Shown here: in pieces, positions 3,800 to 5,456 of the stretch
Numbering within the stretch: position 1 is the stretch's first letter
How the letters are laid out: each line of letters opens with the position of its first letter
Virus record (IMG/VR): IMGVR_UViG_3300029928_000117
Coordinates: 1 to 5,456 of that record
Strand: one strand, 5' to 3'
Length of the DNA: 5,456 nt
From: a virus
Notes under the pieces: generated by a model
Told to the model about the DNA's origin: nothing
What the model saw: the letters and a program-made list of their open reading frames with translations, nothing else
Databases searched by the model: none
Position numbers and translations under genes: made by a program

Positions 3800-4675
3800 A
3801 TGAAATGTACATCCCCGATTATGGTTACTCGGAGAGATGGTAGTAATAGAGTCAAGATTGGATCAGATGGTTTGTCTTATGACTTAGTTCCTTGTGGCAA
3901 GTGTTTTGCTTGTCGTAAAGAGCGTTCGCAAGCTTGGGGCTTGCGCTTGATGCTGGAGTCTATAGAGCATAAGGATAATGTTTTTCTGACATTGACTTAT
4001 GATGAATTAGATGTTCCGTATGTTACTGATGGCGTTAATTTTTATAAAAGTCTTAAGAAAACAGATTTGCAGAAGTTTTGGAAACGGCTTCGAAAGGATC
4101 TTGATTATAAGATTTCTTATTACGCTGTAGGTGAGTATGGAGATGAGACAGGACGTCCGCATTATCATGCAATTGTGTTTGGTTTGTCTGCTTATGAAAG
4201 GCAGATTGTCCAGGATAATTGGACTCACGGACATGTTGAGGTTGATAGTGTAGATTTGGCGTCTTGTTATTATGTAGCTGGTTATTGCCAGAAAAAATTA
4301 TATGATACGGATTTTCCTGATGTTGTACAAAAACCGTTTTCTTGCATGTCTAAAGGTCTTGCTAAGATTTTTGTGGAAAACAATTGGAAGCAGATGCTTG
4401 ATGATGGTTTTATACGTTACAAAGGAATAAAGTATCCCATACCGCGTTATTTCTGGAAGATGATGTTGTCAGATGATTCTATACCGCTTTCTGAGTTTGA
4501 TTTGCAGAGCTATAAGTTCCATCAGAGGACTAAGGCTATGGATCTAATCGATTATAAATATAGTCGGTTAGGCGTTTTTGATGAGGTTTTGCGTGGTCAA
4601 TTAGAGGATAGAGCCCGTGAAGCCCGTGCTTGTGCCAATAAGAGTTTGGCGCGACAAAGGAGAACAAAGTTATGA
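3800..4675 (+). CDS. VP4: Rolling-circle replication initiator VP4 (HUH endonuclease, phiX174 A-like), 291 aa.
   Basis: - PCGKCFACRKERSQAW Cys cluster (aa 31-46).
- Motif I: FLTLTY (nt 3983..4000).
- HUH motif: GRPHYHAIVFG (HYH at nt 4160..4168).
- Motif III: YVAGYCQKK, with two Tyr spaced Y-x3-Y (Y158 at 4271..4273, Y162 at 4283..4285), as in the phiX174 A protein. Confidence 0.96.
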   Translation: MKCTSPIMVTRRDGSNRVKIGSDGLSYDLVPCGKCFACRKERSQAWGLRLMLESIEHKDNVFLTLTYDELDVPYVTDGVNFYKSLKKTDLQKFWKRLRKDLDYKISYYAVGEYGDETGRPHYHAIVFGLSAYERQIVQDNWTHGHVEVDSVDLASCYYVAGYCQKKLYDTDFPDVVQKPFSCMSKGLAKIFVENNWKQMLDDGFIRYKGIKYPIPRYFWKMMLSDDSIPLSEFDLQSYKFHQRTKAMDLIDYKYSRLGVFDEVLRGQLEDRAREARACANKSLARQRRTKL

Positions 4676-4938
4676 TGTTAAATGTTTATTCTATTTATGA
4701 TAAGGATACTGGAAAGTATGGTCAGCCTTTTTTTGCAGAAACGGATGCAGTTGCTAAGAGACAGTTTCTTATTGGTTGCAAGTCTTTACCTAAAGAGATT
4801 CTGGTTGCTCTTAAGTTTTTCCGTATAGCACATGTTGATATGGATACTATTGATTTCTCAAATGATTCGGAATTTATCATGTCAGGTGATGATGTTTTAG
4901 ATTATTTGGAAAATGAAAATAAAAAGGAGTCTAATTAA
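4672..4938 (+). CDS. 88-aa VP5-like non-structural protein (chlamydiamicrovirus ORF5-type).
   Basis: - The start overlaps the Rep stop as ATGA. AAGGAG (4657..4662) lies 9 nt upstream.
- The N-terminus VYSIYDKDTGKYGQPFFAETDAVAKRQF fits the remembered VP5 family pattern (v.tvyD.k...y..PFf......A.R.F).
- Its position between VP4 and VP1 is typical.
- The stop overlaps the VP1 start (TAATG). Confidence 0.6.
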   Translation: MMLNVYSIYDKDTGKYGQPFFAETDAVAKRQFLIGCKSLPKEILVALKFFRIAHVDMDTIDFSNDSEFIMSGDDVLDYLENENKKESN

Positions 4939-5456
4939 TGGCTGGTGTTTTTTCTAAAGTCGGCGGTTACAAGCCGTCAAAGAATGCCTTTTCTTTAAGG
5001 CATTCTAATTTGTGTGATATGGGTTTTGGTGATGTAGTCCCTATTGACTGTATAGAGATGGTCCCCGGTGATGTTTTCCGTAATGACGTTAACATAGTTG
5101 GTCGACTTTCTAACTCTCTTTCATCTCCAATGTTGGCTGATATGGATGTTATTGTTGAAGCGTTTTTTGTCCCTACTCGTCTTTTGATGGGACATGATGC
5201 TAATTTTGACACTCCAGTTGGTGAGCGTAATTTTGAGGAGCTTCTTGTTGGAGGTAAAGATGGAAATGAAGATTTGTCTGTTCCCGTCTACGGTCTTCCT
5301 AATAAAGAGTTGAAGTTTGGTTTCGGAGGTATTTCAGATTACATTGGTATACAGCAAAATGTCGTTATCAATTCTGCAGATGTTCCTCTTGTCTTTCCAT
5401 GGCGTGCATACAGATTTATTTGGAATGAGTTTTATAGGTTTGAACAGCTTGAGGAA
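4938..5456 (+). CDS. VP1: Major capsid protein VP1 (phiX174 F homologue), N-terminal part. It runs off the window end and continues at position 94 through the circular junction.
   Basis: - Start signals: ATG at 4938, preceded by AAGGAG (4924..4929) with an 8-nt spacer. The start overlaps the upstream stop as TAATG.
- My translation has no stops: MAGVFSKVGGYKPSKNAFSLRHSNLCDMGFGDVVPIDCIEMVPGDVFRNDVNIVGRLSNSLSSPMLADMDVIVEAFFVPTRLLMGH...PWRAYRFIWNEFYRFEQLEE.
- Conserved microvirus capsid N-terminal motifs are present: F.L.H...DMG..VP.....V.PGD, FFVP.R, and Y..IWNE(F)YR.
- The ORF is absent from the supplied track because it has no stop inside the window. Confidence 0.93.
   Translation, partial: MAGVFSKVGGYKPSKNAFSLRHSNLCDMGFGDVVPIDCIEMVPGDVFRNDVNIVGRLSNSLSSPMLADMDVIVEAFFVPTRLLMGHDANFDTPVGERNFEELLVGGKDGNEDLSVPVYGLPNKELKFGFGGISDYIGIQQNVVINSADVPLVFPWRAYRFIWNEFYRFEQLEE
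5364..5456. repeat. Terminal redundancy, copy 2 (identical to 1..93).
   Basis: Same 93-nt string as at the window start. The offset of 5363 nt gives the genome unit length. Confidence 0.97.

Noticed and set aside
4007-5212. Minus-strand ORFs 4007..4234 and 4967..5212.
   Set aside because: They are antisense to Rep (HUH motifs on the + strand) and to the VP1 N-terminus (conserved capsid motifs on the + strand). They have no start context and no recognisable features.
1-5456. A search for tRNA/rRNA genes, CRISPR arrays, integrase/att sites, toxin-antitoxin or defence/anti-defence cassettes.
   Set aside because: - I saw no cloverleaf-like or rRNA-like segments.
- There are no spaced identical repeats of CRISPR type.
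- There is no recombinase-like ORF.
- The only long repeat is the 93-nt terminal overlap, which is explained by circularity.

Overview
This window is a complete, circularly permuted genome of a small ssDNA phage of the family Microviridae (gokushovirus-like). The first 93 nt (1..93) are identical to the last 93 nt (5364..5456). The true unit is therefore a 5363-nt circle, and the window is a linearised assembly with terminal overlap.

All credible genes are on the + strand, as expected for Microviridae. In order they are:
- the major capsid protein VP1, which wraps the junction (4938..5363 joined to 1..1443, 622 aa); its N-terminal part is missing from the supplied ORF track because it runs off the window
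- a 135-aa acidic protein, possibly the scaffold (VP3-like)
- the VP2 DNA-pilot protein (true start 2210)
- a compact accessory module at 3159..3799
- the HUH rolling-circle Rep VP4 (3800..4675)
- a VP5-like 88-aa protein (4672..4938)

The accessory module holds two tiny membrane proteins, a 12-codon poly-Arg mini-ORF, a 51-aa ORF with Cys every 11 residues, and a J/VP8-like Arg-rich DNA-binding protein ending in RGGIRL.

Points worth a second look:
1. The DNA-binding protein gene looks split or partly duplicated around a 175-nt segment that carries the Cys-periodic ORF.
2. The small membrane proteins are lysis candidates.
3. A short module is triplicated inside the VP1 surface-loop insertion.
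4. Two structured intergenic regions: a TTAACTA iteron cluster with a perfect 13-bp hairpin, and a G+C-rich island with a Z-DNA-prone hairpin next to a phiX174-like CTTGATA motif.

I saw no tRNA, rRNA, CRISPR array, transposase or integrase. All homology statements come from remembered family motifs, not from database searches.
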